From positions 27,218,001-27,282,000 of the forward strand of contig NC_073399.1 in NCBI RefSeq assembly GCF_028641065.1: a stretch of 64,000 nt of DNA. Reading direction: 5' to 3'. The DNA is from Leucoraja erinacea (lineage: Eukaryota). A program made the translations under genes and the position numbers. The notes under the pieces are model-generated. The model was not told the DNA's origin. It did no database searches and worked only from the letters and a program-made list of their open reading frames with translations. Shown here one piece after another: positions 24,747-38,360 of the stretch; position 1 is the stretch's first letter; each line of letters opens with the position of its first letter.

Positions 24747-25842
24747 CAAGTCAAGTCAAGTCAAGTCGAGTTTATTCGTCACATACACATACGAGATGTG
24801 CAGTGAAATGAAAAGTGGCAATGCTCGCAGGACTTTGTGCAAAAAGACAAACAACCAAACAAACTATAAACACAATCATGAACACACACATATTCTTTGA
24901 CATATTAAATATTGGAAGGAAAAACGTTCAGTAAAGTTAGTCCCTGGTGAGATAGGAGTTTACAGTCCGAATGGCCTCTGGGAAGAAACTCCTTCTCAAC
25001 CTCTCCGTTCTCACTGCATGGCAACAGAGGCGTTTGCCTGACCGTAGCAGCTGGAACAATCCGTTGCAGGGGTGGAAGGGGTCTCCCATGATTTTATTGG
25101 CTCTGGAGTTGCACCTCCTGTTGTATAGTTCCTGCAGGGGGGCGAGTGAAGTTCCCATAGTGCGTTCGGCCGAACGCACTACTCTCTGCAGAGCCTTCTT
25201 GTCCTGGGCACAGCAATTCCCAAACCAGATGGTAATATTTCCGGACAAGATGCTTTCCACCGCCGCTGCGTAGAAGCACTGGAGGATCCTCGGAGACACT
25301 CTGAATTTCCTCAATTGCCTGAGGTGGTAAAGGCACTGCCTTGCCTTACTCACAAGTGCTGAGGCGTGTGATGTCCATGTCAGATCCTCAGAGATGTGGA
25401 CTCCCAGATATTTAAAACAGCTCACCCTATCCACAGTATCCCCATTTATCCTCAATGGTGTGTACGTCCTCGGATGATGTGCCCTCCTAAAGTCCACGAT
25501 CAGCTCCTTAGTTTTTTTGATGTTCAAGAGGAGGCTGTTGTCCTGACACCAGAGTGCTAGATCAGCCACCTCCTCCCGGTAGGCCTTCTCATCGTTGTCT
25601 GAGATCAGGCCCACCACCACAGTGTCATCAGCAAACTTAATTATTGAGTTGGAGCTGAACCTAGCCACACAGTCATGTGTGTACAGGGAGTACAATAGGG
25701 GGCTGAGGACGCAACCCTGGGGCGATCCTGTGCTGAGGGTGAGGGACTTCGATGTATTCCCTCCCATCTTGATTACCTGGGGCCTGGCGGTGAGAAAGTC
25801 CAGGGCCCAGGCACACAGTGGGGTGTTGAGCCCTAATTCCAA
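24747..25842 (-). mobile_element. 5'-truncated Rex1/Babar-type LINE with intact RT C-terminal frame (ORF 24937-25842)
   Basis: [25 protein letters not shown] and [12 protein letters not shown] motifs. (CTTGA)n 3' tail reads aagtcaagtcaagtcaagtc on + at ~24749-24767. Confidence 0.9.
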
Positions 25843-27967
25843 TCTCTATAGCCAGCAGTCTGGAGCTTATGGAATGGATCCATTGCAGGGGTTGGGGCAG
25901 TAACTGCACCTGCCGGATGGTGCAAGCATTGACAGAGCTCTGTGATAGTCAGCCCTTGCCACAACGTGGGTCGGTGTGTCTCTGAATATCACCTCCTTTA
26001 AATAAGTGAATCAGTGGATGGTTTATGACAGAATAGTTTCTTAGAATTTGGGCTTCAATTGTGAAGAAATATCTTGTGAAGTTGGCTTAACAATTAAAAA
26101 TTGTTAAAAATGAGTGGGCAGCACTGTGGCGCAGCAGTGGAGTTGCTACCATGCAGTGCCAGAGACCCGGGTTCAATCCTGACTATGGGTGCTGTTTTTA
26201 TGGAGTTTGCACGTTCTCCCTATGACCATGAGGGTTTTCTCCGGCGGCTCTGGTTTCCTCCCACATCCCAAAATTATAGGTTAAGTGGCTTCTGTAAAAT
26301 GCCCCAAGTGTGTAGGATAGTAAGTAGTGTACAAGGTGATTGTTGGTCGGCGCGGACTCGGTGGGCCAAAGGGCCTGTTTCTACACTGTATCTCTAAAAC
26401 TCTGAGGAGATGAATTAATTTAAGTGTAAAGAAACTGTCATGATGAAGAGACATCAGTGGGGCTAGGGTGAGGGTGGTGGGGCGTTTGACTCAATGACAG
26501 GTTGTAGCTACCACAGTTTTTTGTTTTTGTTTTGTCCAAATAAAAATGCTTTTCTTTTGTTTTGGAACATAGAGCAGTACAATACTGGGACAACAATGTC
26601 CACGCCAAATATGTTAAATTAATCTCATCGGCCTGCAAGTGATCCACATCCCTCCATTCCCTGCATATCCACGTGCCTATCAAAATGCCTCTCACTGTCT
26701 GCTTCCACAAGGCTCAACATGAATTCAATGCCGCCTTTAATTCATTGCAGTCCCAAAGCCAGGAATTTTAACTGTATCACTGTGTGGGCAGGAGGATGTA
26801 TTTAAGATCTGAATGTTCAGACTGTAGGACGTATTCAAGCATTTTAAACAAAGTTCCTGCACGTAGTTCCGGACTCAGGAACAGCTTCCTCTCCACCATT
26901 ATCAGGCTTCTGAACAGATCTTCCATGAGCTAGGTTGCTGCCCAATTCACCCTTATCCCATTATGGACATTGGACTTTGTTTATGGACTGATGCCCCACT
27001 GATCAGTACTGGTGTCAGAGATTATGGGGAGAAGGCAGGAGATTGGGGTCAGGAGGGAGAGATAGATCAGCCATGATTGAATGGCGGAGTAGACTTGATG
27101 GGCTGAATGTACTAATTCTGCTCCTATCTCATGACCTTATGCTGAGAACTATATTCTGCGCTCCGTATCTTCCCTTTTGCTCTACCTATTGTATGTGTGT
27201 TTAAACAGAGAGTATCTATGTGTTATATTTCTAATCTGATTGACTAGTATGCAAAACATTTTTTTAACTGTACCTTGCTACATGTGACAATAATAAACCT
27301 CAACCTAGTTCCAGTATTAAGCTCAGTAATTGTGCTCTCCAGTGTAAATGTTACTGCGTAACAGAAAAAGGAAATACGGGCATGGTTGCTCTCTCTGGCT
27401 CAAATGCACCATCTAGTGGTTGTAAAAGAAACAGATTTCAAGAGTCCAGAGTGTTTCATTGTCCAAGGCACTGACAATGGGACGATTGCACTCTTACTTG
27501 CTGCAGCCTAACAGGCCCATAAACGTAGTGACACACAGATCACCATATATAATAATCACTAATACAATAAATTAATAATCAGTAATACTAGGTAGCCATA
27601 ATAGTGTAAAAAACCAAAGCCCGTAGTGCAACCAAAGACACAGTCCATAGAAGATCACAGTTGCTGACGTTAGTGTTGTGCAGTGTTCAAGTGCCTAATG
27701 GTCGCTTGGAAGAAGCTGTTCTTGAACCTGGAGGTCACAGTTCCCAGGCTCCTGTACCACATTCCCGATGGTAATCCGTTTCCTTGCTAGATTCCAGGGG
27801 AAGCCAGCAAGGGTGGCACTAGTGAAAGATGTATACAAGATGCTGGAGTAACTCAGTGGGTCAGGCAGCATCTCTGGAGAAAAAGGATGGGTGACGTTTG
27901 GGGTGGGGATCCCTCTTCAGACTAAAAAGAGTAGGGGATACCCCGAGCACTTTGTGTCTATCTTTGG

Positions 27968-28472
27968 TACAGCTATTGAGGGAGTGCAGCGTAGGTTTAC
28001 AAAGTTAATTCCAGGATGGCGGGACTGTCATATGTTGAAAGAATGGAGCGACTGGGCTTGTATACACTGGAATTTAGAAGGATAAGTGGGGAACTTATTG
28101 AAACATATAAGATTATTAAGGGATTGGACACGCTAGAGGCAGGAAACATGTTCCTGATGTTGGCGAAGTCCAGAACCAGGGGCCACAGTTTAAGAATAAG
28201 AGGTAGGCCATTTAGAACGGAGATGAGGAAAATCTCTTTCACCCAGTTGTGAATCTGTGGAATTATCTGCCTCAGAAGGCAGTGGAGGCCAATTCTCTGG
28301 ATGCTTACAAGAGAGTTAGATAGGGCTCTTAAAGATAGCGGAGTCAGGGGATATGGGGAGAAGGCTGGAACGAGGTACTGATTATGGATGACCAGCCACG
28401 ATCACAGTGAATGGCAGTGCAGGCTCGAAGGGCCGAATGGCCTACACTTGCACCTATTGTCTATTGTCTATT
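27968..28472 (+). mobile_element. CR1 LINE 3' fragment
   Basis: AIEGVQRRFTKLIPG / GLSYVERMERLGLYTLEFRR frames, ends in a (CTATTGT)n tail. Confidence 0.85.
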
Positions 28473-29408
28473 ATTGTTTGAAGCAACATCTGCAGTTCCT
28501 TGTTTCTACTGTTTATACCTCATGAAAGATGTGCTGCCCCCATCTGGAGGGCCTCTGTGTTTGCCTGGAAATCCCAAAGTAGGAATGTGTGGGGTTGTGT
28601 GAACACGATGCTGGAAGTGTCAGCGTTTTCCCACTTACCCAGGTCATTGCCTTGTGTATGGATAGGGTGTGTGGAGTCACAGAGGAGGAGGCTGCTCAGT
28701 GTAAGGAGAGGGTCCACCAGACGGTAGCTTGGTGGGGGCTGGTCCTTTGAAGCAAGCGGGCAGCTCTCAGACTGTCCCATGAAGTTGGATGGAGCTTTCC
28801 AGAGAGGGCCCTGGCCAGGTCCAAGCCCTGCCAGCCGTGGCCTACACTGGTTTGTGTTGGCCGTGATGAGCTCCAGTCAGTGGTGATCTAGAACGGAGAA
28901 CAGTACAGCACAGGACCAGGCCCTTCAGCCCACAATGCCCATGCTGAATACGATGCCAAGCTAAATTATCCTCACCCGCCAGCACGTGATCCATATCCCT
29001 GTGTATCCATGTGCCTAACCAATGTCTCTTAAAGGTACACAAGAATGCTGGAGAAACTCCACGGGTGCAACAGTGTCTATCTCCATTAAACTTTGCCCCT
29101 CTCACCTTGGGAAGAATCTGAGAAAGAATGCAGTGATGTTTAGTTCTGGATTCTGATCAGGGGAAATAGTCGGATGTGTTGGAGATTTGGCAAAAATAGA
29201 ATGTCAATTTGTTCCGTACTGCAACTGTGGGATGTAACTGAGAGGTTTCTCTGTGGGCCTTGAAGGGTGGCAACTACATTTAAAAATTAATCAACTTGTC
29301 TTAATGTACATTGGCGTGTATCACTGTTGGGAGAACTGGTCTGTATCCCATGTTATGTTGTCACAAACTCACTGTACTTTATTCTTAATATCTCCCTCAA
29401 CGTCTCAG

Positions 29409-29555
29409 ACACAAAACCGTGGGAAACGGATGAAGGAAGGAGCGCACATCAACCGTTCACTGTTAGCGCTGGGAAACTGCATCAATGCGCTGAGTGAGAA
29501 GGGAGGGAATAAGTATGTCAATTACCGAGACAGCAAGCTGACCCGCTTACTGAAG
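29409..29555 (+). CDS. KIF19: KIF19 exon ~8: [49 protein letters not shown]
   Basis: Acceptor ctcaacgtctcag, donor AAG|gtatgt, 147 nt. [12 protein letters not shown] and [10 protein letters not shown] kinesin motifs. Confidence 0.98.
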
Positions 29556-30596
29556 GTATGTGAGTAAATGCACGTGACAAATGGTCACCAGGTTCATCAA
29601 CAAAATGCTCTCTCTCTATCTCCGTGCAATGGGGCAACCTTCAGACTGTCCTGAGTGGGCCCGTACAGCGTTACTCTGTGAAATTCAAACCCTGATTTGA
29701 TCACCTATTGAATTTAGACACTTCTTGTGGTCTTGGCATCATGTTCGGCACAGACATTGTGGGCCAACAGGCCTGTCCCTGTGCTGCACTGTTCTAGGTT
29801 CTAACAGTAGCACAGATGGTAGAGCTGCTGCCGTCGCAGTGCCAGAGACCCAAGTTTGTTCCTGACCTTGGGTGCTGTCCGTGTGGAGTTCTCCCGTTCT
29901 CCCTGTGATGGCATGGGTGCTTCAGTTTCCTCCCATATCCCAATGACATGCAGGTTTGTAAGTTAATTGGCTCTCTGTAAATTGCCGCTAGTGTGTTGGA
30001 GGTGAATGAGGAAGTGGGATAACAGAGAACTAGTGTGAACGTGTGATTGGTGGTCAGTGTGGACTCCATGGGGCCAAAGGGCCTGTTGTTTCCACAACAT
30101 ATCTCTGAACTAAACTAAATAACAGAAGTAATAAAAAGGAACTACATTTACTGGTTTATACCAGAGATGGACACAAAGTGCTGGAGTAACTCAGTGGGTC
30201 AGGCAGCATCTCTGGACAAAATGGATAGGTGACGTTTCGGTTCGGGACCTTTCTTGAGACTGAGTGTAGGGGTGGGGGAAGAGGGGGGAGGGGGCAACTG
30301 GAAGCAAGAAAAGACCAGGATAAATTAGGGCCTGCAACAGATGACCTCAGGCAGGGTGGTACTGAACTGTTGCTGGCCCTGGTTCCAGTTCCCCACCCCC
30401 CTCACCCCTACAACCAGTCTGAAGAAGAGTCCCGACCCGAAACGTCGGCTATTCATGTCTGCCGGAGATGTTGCCTGACCCATTAAATAACAGAAACCTT
30501 GGGTCATAAGAATGTTTTATTTGTAATGTGGAGGTGTGTTAGGGGCGGGCAGGCATGGAGCTCGGTGTCTGACTGCTCCCTTCTCATTGGCGGCAG

Positions 30597-30719
30597 GATT
30601 CGCTGGGCGGGAACAGTCGAACGGTGATGATCGCTCACATCAGCCCAGCCAGCAGCTCCTTTGAGGAATCGCGCAACACTCTCACCTATGCTGACCGTGC
30701 CAAAAACATCAAGACCAGA
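30597..30719 (+). CDS. KIF19: KIF19 exon ~9: [41 protein letters not shown] (end of motor domain)
   Basis: Acceptor ttctcattggcggcag, donor AGA|gtaaga, 123 nt. Confidence 0.97.
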
Positions 30720-30831
30720 GTAAGAATCAGCCTTTACTGCAGCAAGTTACCTGATCTCTCCGTCTTTATAGGTTTGCTATTAAATGATAACGGGTGGGAT
30801 AGAGGCAATTCGACCCAAAGTGCTGGAGTAA

Positions 30832-31228
30832 AGGGCCTGGCCCACCAGCATGCGACTGCATGCAGCAAGCACAACCTAACGTGGTCGCTTGAGCCGTACG
30901 GCCTCGCGGGGCCAGTCCCACATTGATCGCCGGAGCCGTATGGAGTTGTGCGGAGCTGATCCCAACATCGCACGGGGCTCCGAAAAACTGACACTGTCCA
31001 AAAATTCCGCACGGTAACGGCCTGCCAGCCCGCAGCCGCATTGAGGCCGTACGCAGCGCCTCGACGGGTGTGCGCAGCGTCTCGACGCCATACGCAGCGT
31101 CTGGACGGCGTACGCCTTCGCTCGAACTTCACATCAACTCGTACGGGATCACTCGACCTCCGCGCGGCCCCCACTTCCGGTTTGGTCACGCTTGCCGCAT
31201 GCAGTCGCAAGCTCGTGGGACGGGGCCT
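30832..31228. mobile_element. PIF/Harbinger-type MITE
   Basis: TIR AGGGCCTGGCCCACCAGCATGCGACTGCATGC... / ...GCATGCAGTCGCAAGCTCGTGGGACGGGGCCT, flanked by TAA/TAA. Splits a tgctggagtaa|cagcgggtcaggcagcatc repeat. Confidence 0.85.
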
Positions 31229-32525
31229 TAACAGCGGGTCAGGCAGCATCTCTGGAGAAAAAGAATGGGTAATGTTTCAGGTCAGGACCCTTCAGTCTCC
31301 CTACTTTCATTAATTCCCTCATTTTCTAGTTCCCTTAGTTCCCAGATTTTCTTTACAGGAATTCTTTCCGCACAAAAATTGTGCTTTGATCATCTTTTGG
31401 ATAAAAATACATTTTATGCAATGACATTTAAGAGGGGAGAGGGTTACGAGGGAACTCATGTACAATTGTTTGTTCCGAGATGGTCTGTAGCTCAAATGAA
31501 CTGCCGGAAGTGGATGCAATCACAACTTTTAAGATCTTTGATCAGATAAATGGAAGTGTTTGATCAGATCAAGGAAGTGTTCAGAGGGCTATGGGCCAAC
31601 TGCAGGTAAATTATACTAGCTCAATATCCAAAACCTGGTTGGCATGGACAAGGTGGGCTGAAGGGCCTGTTTCCATGCTGTACAACACTATGATTCTGTG
31701 ACGTATTTGCCTACTGACCACTTGTAACCACCCTGACAATGGCTGTGCAAATTCACAGCAAATATAATAACAATTAACAGAGAGCACAACACATTGATGA
31801 GCATCCAGCAAATTAAAATGTAAAAGATTGATAGTTAAAACATTTAAATTCAAACCATTGCGAGTATTCTAGCCTTGGCCTTAGAGAAAAGGAGTTAATT
31901 TATTGCAACAAATCAATAAGCTTTCTGCATGGAAATGGCAGATTAATGTAAAATCTCGTTATCACAGCTTTGCGAGAATTTCTTTGTAATTATTGCCAAA
32001 TTGAAGAGTACAGGCGCTTCACAGCCAGTGCCAGGTGTCAGGGTATGTTGTGGGCACAACCAACAGCTTTGTGTACAGAAATAACAGCGGCAAGCAGGAA
32101 TTTTCCACAAAGAGCAGCAATTTGAACGTGCCCATGTCACCGAGAAAGAAATAATTTATTGTAGATGCAATATTGCGAACTAAGATGAGAGGGGAGGGAG
32201 CTTGGGGGCAGCTTTTTCACTCTGGAGGGGAGGCTGCATCTAGAATGAGCTGCCAGAGGAAGCTAGAGAAGCGGATACAATCATGATTTTTAGAAAGCAT
32301 TTGGACAAATAAATGGATAGGAAGGGTTTAGAGGGATATGTGCAAAATGCAACAAATTGGACTAGCCCAGTGTGCCAACTTGAACAAGATGGACTGAAGG
32401 GCTTGTTTCCGTGCTTCACGGCTCTGTGAGTCTCTGTAGCTCTAGTCTAGTTTGTTATTCTGATTTTTGGGCAGGGCCAGTTAAGACACAGCCGGTCCTA
32501 ATGTGACGTCTATTTCATTCACCAG

Positions 32526-32682
32526 GTAAAGCGCAATTTGATGAACGTATCCTACCACATTGCTCAGTACACCAACATCATCTCCGACCTACGCAGTGAA
32601 ATCCATCGGCTGAAGAAGAAGATCGACGCACAACGAATTCAACAAACAAAAAATGAAAAAGCGGATATCCGCAACGTTCAAG
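32526..32682 (+). CDS. KIF19: KIF19 exon ~10 (neck/coiled coil): VKRNLMNVSYHIAQYTNIISDLRSEIHRLKKKIDAQRIQQTKNEKADIRNVQ
   Basis: Acceptor tttcattcaccag, donor AAG|gtgaat, 157 nt, phase 0-1. Matches recalled KIF19 VKQNLLNVSYHIAQYTSII. Confidence 0.95.
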
Positions 32683-32989
32683 GTGAATGGTTTAAACTGG
32701 AATTGTAAACAGATATTTTGCCCGCTCCCCTGTAACCTGTCAACTCACTCTGTGTATGTATCCATCCCAGGGATGCTTTCTGTGGAATATCTGTGGAAGG
32801 TTGGTAAGAATTGTTGGCGATGTGTTGAACCTCCTTAGTCTCAAGTGCAAGAGTGTATGAATAGTGCTGTGAGGCAGCACTGGGGCAGTTGTTGGAGGCA
32901 TGCTGAACTTCCTGTGTATGCATTGGCTGTTGCAATGGTTCTTCATGTGTTCCAGTGAAGAAGACCTCTTCTGCTCTTTGCTCTTTCAG

Positions 32990-33164
32990 CCGAGGTACAG
33001 TTTCATTCCTCTCGGTATGACCGGCGGGAGATGGAGAGGCTCCGCGAACATCTGATCACGGCCTTTCGGGAACAGATGGAGATTCGCCGCAATCTCTTGG
33101 AACTGGATAGCAATAACATGCAAATCCAAGTGGACACATCCAGACATCTACTGACTATAGCTGA
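32990..33164 (+). CDS. KIF19: KIF19 exon ~11: (A)EVQFHSSRYDRREMERLREHLITAFREQMEIRRNLLELDSNNMQIQVDTSRHLLTIA(D)
   Basis: Acceptor ctttgctctttcag, donor TGA|gtaagt, 175 nt, phase 1-2. DTSRHLLTIA is conserved in KIF19. Confidence 0.95.
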
Positions 33165-33641
33165 GTAAGTGCACTGCCTGTTTCCCTGGTTACTCCTTCA
33201 ATGACACCACGACCTGAATCAGGGAAGATCATGTTCGATGATCTTCCAAATTTGATTAGTTCAATCAGCCAAATAAATTATGATACATTCATGTCTGTGG
33301 AATATGCAGCAATTATTCCACTATTAATTATTTTTAAATCTTTGATGTCAAAAGTTCATTGTCATTGTGTTGCTGATATGTACATAAAATTAATAACTCT
33401 CTGTGGCCACGTGGGTTTCCTCTGGGTTCCCCAGTATTATCCCACATCACAAAGTTGGATAACATAGAACTAGTGTGAAATGGTGATCAATGGTCGGCAT
33501 AGACTTGGTGGGCTGAAGGGTCTGTTTCCATCTTGGATCTTTCAATCAAAAAAAAATTGAATGAACCAAGTTGGTCAAAGCTAATGATGTGCCAGTAAAC
33601 TAATCCGAGCAAGACGTCAGTTTGCCTGTTTGTACCTGTAG

Positions 33642-33840
33642 CTGGGTGCAGGAAAAGGCACGGCGGGCCAGGAAATGGAGAGAGGAGAATCGCAAGGAGG
33701 TGTACAACAAGGAGGACAGTGAGAAGGACTCGGACACGGGGGATGATCAGTCCGATGTCATGGAGCCGACAGAGGTGGCCATGGCCCGGGAGAACGTTGC
33801 CGCACTCGTGGCCGAGCAGAAGAAGCTGAAGTGGCAGAAG
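33642..33840 (+). CDS. KIF19: KIF19 exon ~12: WVQEKARRARKWREENRKEVYNKEDSEKDSDTGDDQSDVMEPTEVAMARENVAALVAEQKKLKWQK
   Basis: Acceptor tttgtacctgtag, donor AAG|gtaagg, 199 nt, phase 2-0. DSEKDSDTGDDQ is as recalled for KIF19. Confidence 0.96.
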
Positions 33841-34930
33841 GTAAGGGTGAAGCCCTTTGTCCACTGTACAGGAGCACGCTGACCACACAGGTCAACATGA
33901 CCATCTCTGCAGGGGAAAACCATCGGCCTGGGCAAAACACACAGAGTTGGAGAAACTCAGCAGGTCTGGCAGCATCTGTGGACAGGCGATGTTTTTGGGT
34001 CGTGACTATTCTCCAGACTGAGTTTCCTCCACCACCTGTATCAATCCGCAACACTTGTATCAATCCCCATCTACCTATCAATCCTTCTTTGAAACGTCAC
34101 CCATTCCTGCTCTCCAGAGATGCTACCTATCCCGCTGAGTTGCTCCAGCATTCTGTGTCTACAATCAACCCTCTCACCTGTATCCACCTATCATATGGCA
34201 GATTTTTTCCAACCCCCACCTCTCTTCCAACTGTCTCCCGCTACTACATTCAGTTTGAAGAAGGGACCAGGCCCAAAATGTCATCTATCCATGTTCTCCA
34301 GAGATGGCATCTGACCTTCTGAGTTACTCCAGCACATTGTGCCTTTTGTTCCTGCAATACTTTGATTTATGTTTCAGATTCAGGTATCTACAGTTTTTCT
34401 TCCATGAGGAGAGGGTTGACTTAAACACTTTCAAACACTGACTGGGTTTAGTTTAGTTTATTGTCATGTGTGCTGAAGCACAGTGAAAACATTTTGTTGC
34501 GTGCTAACCAGTCAGAGGAAAGACTGTACATGATTACAATTGCTCCATCCACAATGCACAGATACAGGATACAGGGCATAATGTTTAGTGCAAGATAAAG
34601 TCCAGTAAAGTCCGATTAAAGATAGTTTAAAGGTTTCCAATGAGGTAGCTGGGAAGTCATGACCGCTCTCTAGTTGGTCATAGGATGGTTCCGTTACCTG
34701 ATAACAGTTGGGAAGAAACTGTCCCTGAATCTGGATGTGTGCGTTTTCACACAGTTGTACCTCTTGCCTAATGGGAGTTGACCGGATTGAGATTTGTCTT
34801 TGATTGAAGAAGGGTTTTGGCCCGAAACGTTGCTTATTTCCGCTCCATAGATGCTGCTGCACCCGCTGAGTTTCTCCAGCACTTTTGTCTACCTTCGATT
34901 TTCCAGCATCTGCAGTTCCTTCTTAAACAA

Positions 34931-35252
34931 AATGTTCCCCATGTTGGGCGAGTCCAGAACCAGGGGCCACAGTCTTAGAATAAAGGGGAGACTGAGGTGA
35001 GAAAAAACTTTTTCACCCAGAGAGTTGTGAATTTGTGGAATTCCCTGCCACAGTGGGCAGTGGAGGCCAAATCACTGGATGGATTTAAGAGAGAGTTAGA
35101 TAGAGCTCTTGGAGCTAGTGGAATCAAGGGATATGGGGAGAAGGCAGGCGCGGGTTATTGATTTTGGATGATCAGCCATGATCACAATGAATGGTGGTGC
35201 TGGCTCGAAGGGCCGAATGGACTCCTCTTGCACCTATTTTCTATGTTTCTAT
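34931..35252 (+). mobile_element. CR1 LINE 3' fragment
   Basis: SRTRGHS-coding start, conserved 3' end gctcgaagggccgaatggactcctcttgcacctattttctatgtttcta. Confidence 0.8.
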
Positions 35253-35417
35253 TATGCTGGTGGCCTTGCCTAGGTAACGTGAAGTGTAAATGTAATTAGC
35301 ACGCAACAGAAAAGGCTCGTCGCTGTCCCTCTGTATACGTGACAATAAATTAAACTAAACTAAACTAAAGTAAACAGCTTGCTACCGCTGAAGTGTTCCC
35401 GTCCCTTCCCTCTGCAG

Positions 35418-35688
35418 ATGGAGCTGGAGAAGCAGTTTGCGGACATCCGATCGCGAGCTCACCGACTGGAGGAGCTGTTGCCGAAGCGGATCAGCAGTGA
35501 GCAACAGCGCGAGGTGCTCAGCCTGCTGTGCAAGGTGCACGAGCTGGAGATCGAGAACACGGAGATGCAGTCCATCGCCCTACTCAAGGACAACGTCATC
35601 CGGCAGACCAACTACGTCATCCAACGCTTCGAGCAGCACCGGCAGCTGTGCGCTGAAATCATTCAACAGCAACGGCAGATCATAGATG
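35418..35688 (+). CDS. KIF19: KIF19 exon ~13: MELEKQFADIRSRAHRLEELLPKRISSEQQREVLSLLCKVHELEIENTEMQS...IIQQQRQIID
   Basis: Acceptor cccttccctctgcag, donor ATG|gtacaa, 271 nt, phase 0-1. Confidence 0.95.
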
Positions 35689-37615
35689 GTACAACAACAC
35701 TCAGTGCCTCTCCTTCATATATTTTGTTTCAGCTGTTAATTACAGAACAATTGCCCAGAAGAAACCCACACGGTCACAGGGAGATCATGCACACTCCATA
35801 CAGACAGCACCCGTAGACCGGAACAAACCCAGGTCCCTGGTGCTGTAAGGCAGCAACTCTACCGCTGCGCTACTGTGCTGCCCTTGGCAGTGAGTTCCAG
35901 TCACTCACCACTCTCTGTGTACAATAATCTGCCCTGAACGCCCCCTTTGTCCCATTCACCTTAAAGCTGCACTCACTAGTCTTTGATATTTCCACCCTGG
36001 CAAATAGTTTCTGACTGTCCTCCGGGTTTCTCTGTGGTTTTCTCTGGGTGCTCCGGTTTCATCTCACACTCCAAAGGCGTACAGGTTTGTAGGTTAATTG
36101 GACTCGGTGAAATTGTAAATTGTCCATAGTGTGTAGAATAGTGCTCGTGTACGGTGTGATCGCTGGTCGACGCGGACTGGGAGGGCCAAAGAGCCTGTCT
36201 CCATGCTGCATCTCCAATGTCTAAAGTAAAAATAGAACCTAGAATAAAGAACATAGAACAGTACAGCACAGGACAGGCCCTTCGGCCCACAATGTCTGTA
36301 CCGAACATGATGCCAACATAAACTAATCTCCTGTGCCTGCACATGATCCATATCCCTCTGCCCCCTGCATATCCATGTACATGTCTAAAAGCTTCTTAAA
36401 CACCACTGTTGTATCTGCTTCCACCACCACCCCTGACAGCTTGTTCCAGGCACTCACCGCTCTCTGTGTAAAACATCTCCTTTAATCTTTGGCCCTCTCA
36501 CATTAAAGCAGCCCTCTCAAGTCTTTGACATTTTTACCCTGGTTAAAAAGGTTTTCACTGTCTAACCCATCTTGTGCCTCATCAGGTCTCCTCTCAACCT
36601 CCAGCATTCCAGAGAAAACAATCCAAGTTTGGCCAACCTCTCCTTCCAGCTAATACGTCCTAAACCCAGCAGCATTCTGGTTAAACACTTCTGCCACCCT
36701 CTTCATAGCAAAACATCCTTCCTGTAACGGGGCAACCAGAACAGCGTGCAATACCGCAAGATCACCTCATGTTGTTTTCTCCGGTGCATCAGAGGCTGAG
36801 TGGAGCCCTGATAGAAATATATAAAGTTATGAGAGGCAGAAGGGTCGGAACCTTTTTTCCTCAAAGACTAAGGGTAACATTTGAAGGAGATGTGCGGGAC
36901 AAATTGATTACTACGGGTGTCGGGTTATGGGGGAAAAGGCAGGAGAATGGGGTTGGGAGGGAAAGATAGATCAGCCATTATTTAATGGCAGAGTAGATTT
37001 GATGGGCCGAAAGGCCTAATTCTGCTCCTAGAACTTATGAAATTGTTTTACACAGACCATGAGTGAGTGTCTGGAACATGCTGCCGGGGGTGGTGGTGGA
37101 GGAGGCAAATACGATAGTAGCATTTAAAATCTTTCTGACAGGCACGTAGATATACAAAGAATGGAGGGATATGGATTACTTGCAGGCAGCATGTTTGGCA
37201 CAGACATTGTGGGCTGTACTGTTCCATGTTGTACCAGGTTTAGGTTGATGGATTTAATTATGTTTTATTATGTTCATGTCCAGATTTTATGTTCATGTCC
37301 AGACATTGCACAGAAATACATGATTTAGGAATCACTTTTTTGGGTTTTATTGTACAATTATTTAATGATTTCCCTATGTATTCTGTCGGGATCAGCCTGT
37401 CAGTTTTGCTGCTCTTCAGTTTTCAGCTGACCCTGTGGACGGCTCGATTGGAATCATGCATAGCCATGACGCTGCTGGCTGAATAAAATGCAACAAAAGC
37501 TTTACGCTGTACCTCGGTACACATTTACGCTGTACCTCGGTACACATGACAATAAATAAACTAAACTAAACAAACTGAATTGTGTCTGAGTGTTTGACGG
37601 TTTGTGTGTGCACAG

Positions 37616-37737
37616 ATCATAACCTGCTGGTCCCGTCACAGTTGGATGAGTTGTATGAGATTTACCTGCGGGAGTTGGACGAGGGTAATCTCAACCGGAT
37701 CGTATCCATGCACACTGTCACAACGAGAACCCTGAAG
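37616..37737 (+). CDS. KIF19: KIF19 exon ~14: (D)HNLLVPSQLDELYEIYLRELDEGNLNRIVSMHTVTTRTLK
   Basis: Acceptor tttgtgtgtgcacag, donor AAG|gtacag, 122 nt, phase 1-0. Resembles recalled YNLAVPQRLEELYEVYLRELEEG. Confidence 0.94.
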
Positions 37738-37914
37738 GTACAGCATCGCTCAGTGTTACTGCTGCTCTTCATGCACGGGCCACTGTGGAAACCGTGAATC
37801 TGAGACTCACATTAACTATCGAATGACAACAATGTTCCCTACCCATCATGGCTTGTGTCTCAAACTTTCTCCTTTTATTTTAATTCTCACTCATTTTACC
37901 TGGTTCAAAGCTTG

Positions 37915-38360
37915 CCCCTTTCCTAATGTATTGCTTTCTTCCTCTTTCTACCTCTATCCCTCTCACTCTCACTTTTTCCATCCCTCTCGCTATTCTCTTC
38001 CCTGTTTCTATCTCCATTCCTCTTTCACTATCAAATCCCACTTTTCCTATTCCTTTCTTCCCCAGCTATCTCCATCCCTCTCTCAATCCCTCCCTATCTT
38101 CTCCCCTCTTTCTGCCTCTATCCCTCCCTCCCAAATCCCTGCCTCGTTATCCTTCTTCCTATACTCCTCTTCCCTCCTTTCTATCTCTATACTTCTCTCA
38201 CTCTCTTTCTCCACATTCTCATTTCTTTCCCTTCATTCTTAATTTCCCATCCCCCCACTCTCTCTGCTTCTTTTTTATTTCTTTATCTCACCCGCTCACC
38301 CCCTTTATATCTTGCCCAGTCATGTTATTTCTTAAACCTTTGCTCTCCCTCGCTATCCCT
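37915..38360. repeat. Polypyrimidine (CT-rich) low-complexity tract
   Basis: About 450 nt almost devoid of G, without a strict period. Confidence 0.9.

Noticed and set aside
30734-31313. GC-rich ORFs of 70-171 aa on both strands
   Set aside because: They coincide with the palindromic Harbinger-type MITE, and stop codons are rare in GC-rich inverted repeats.
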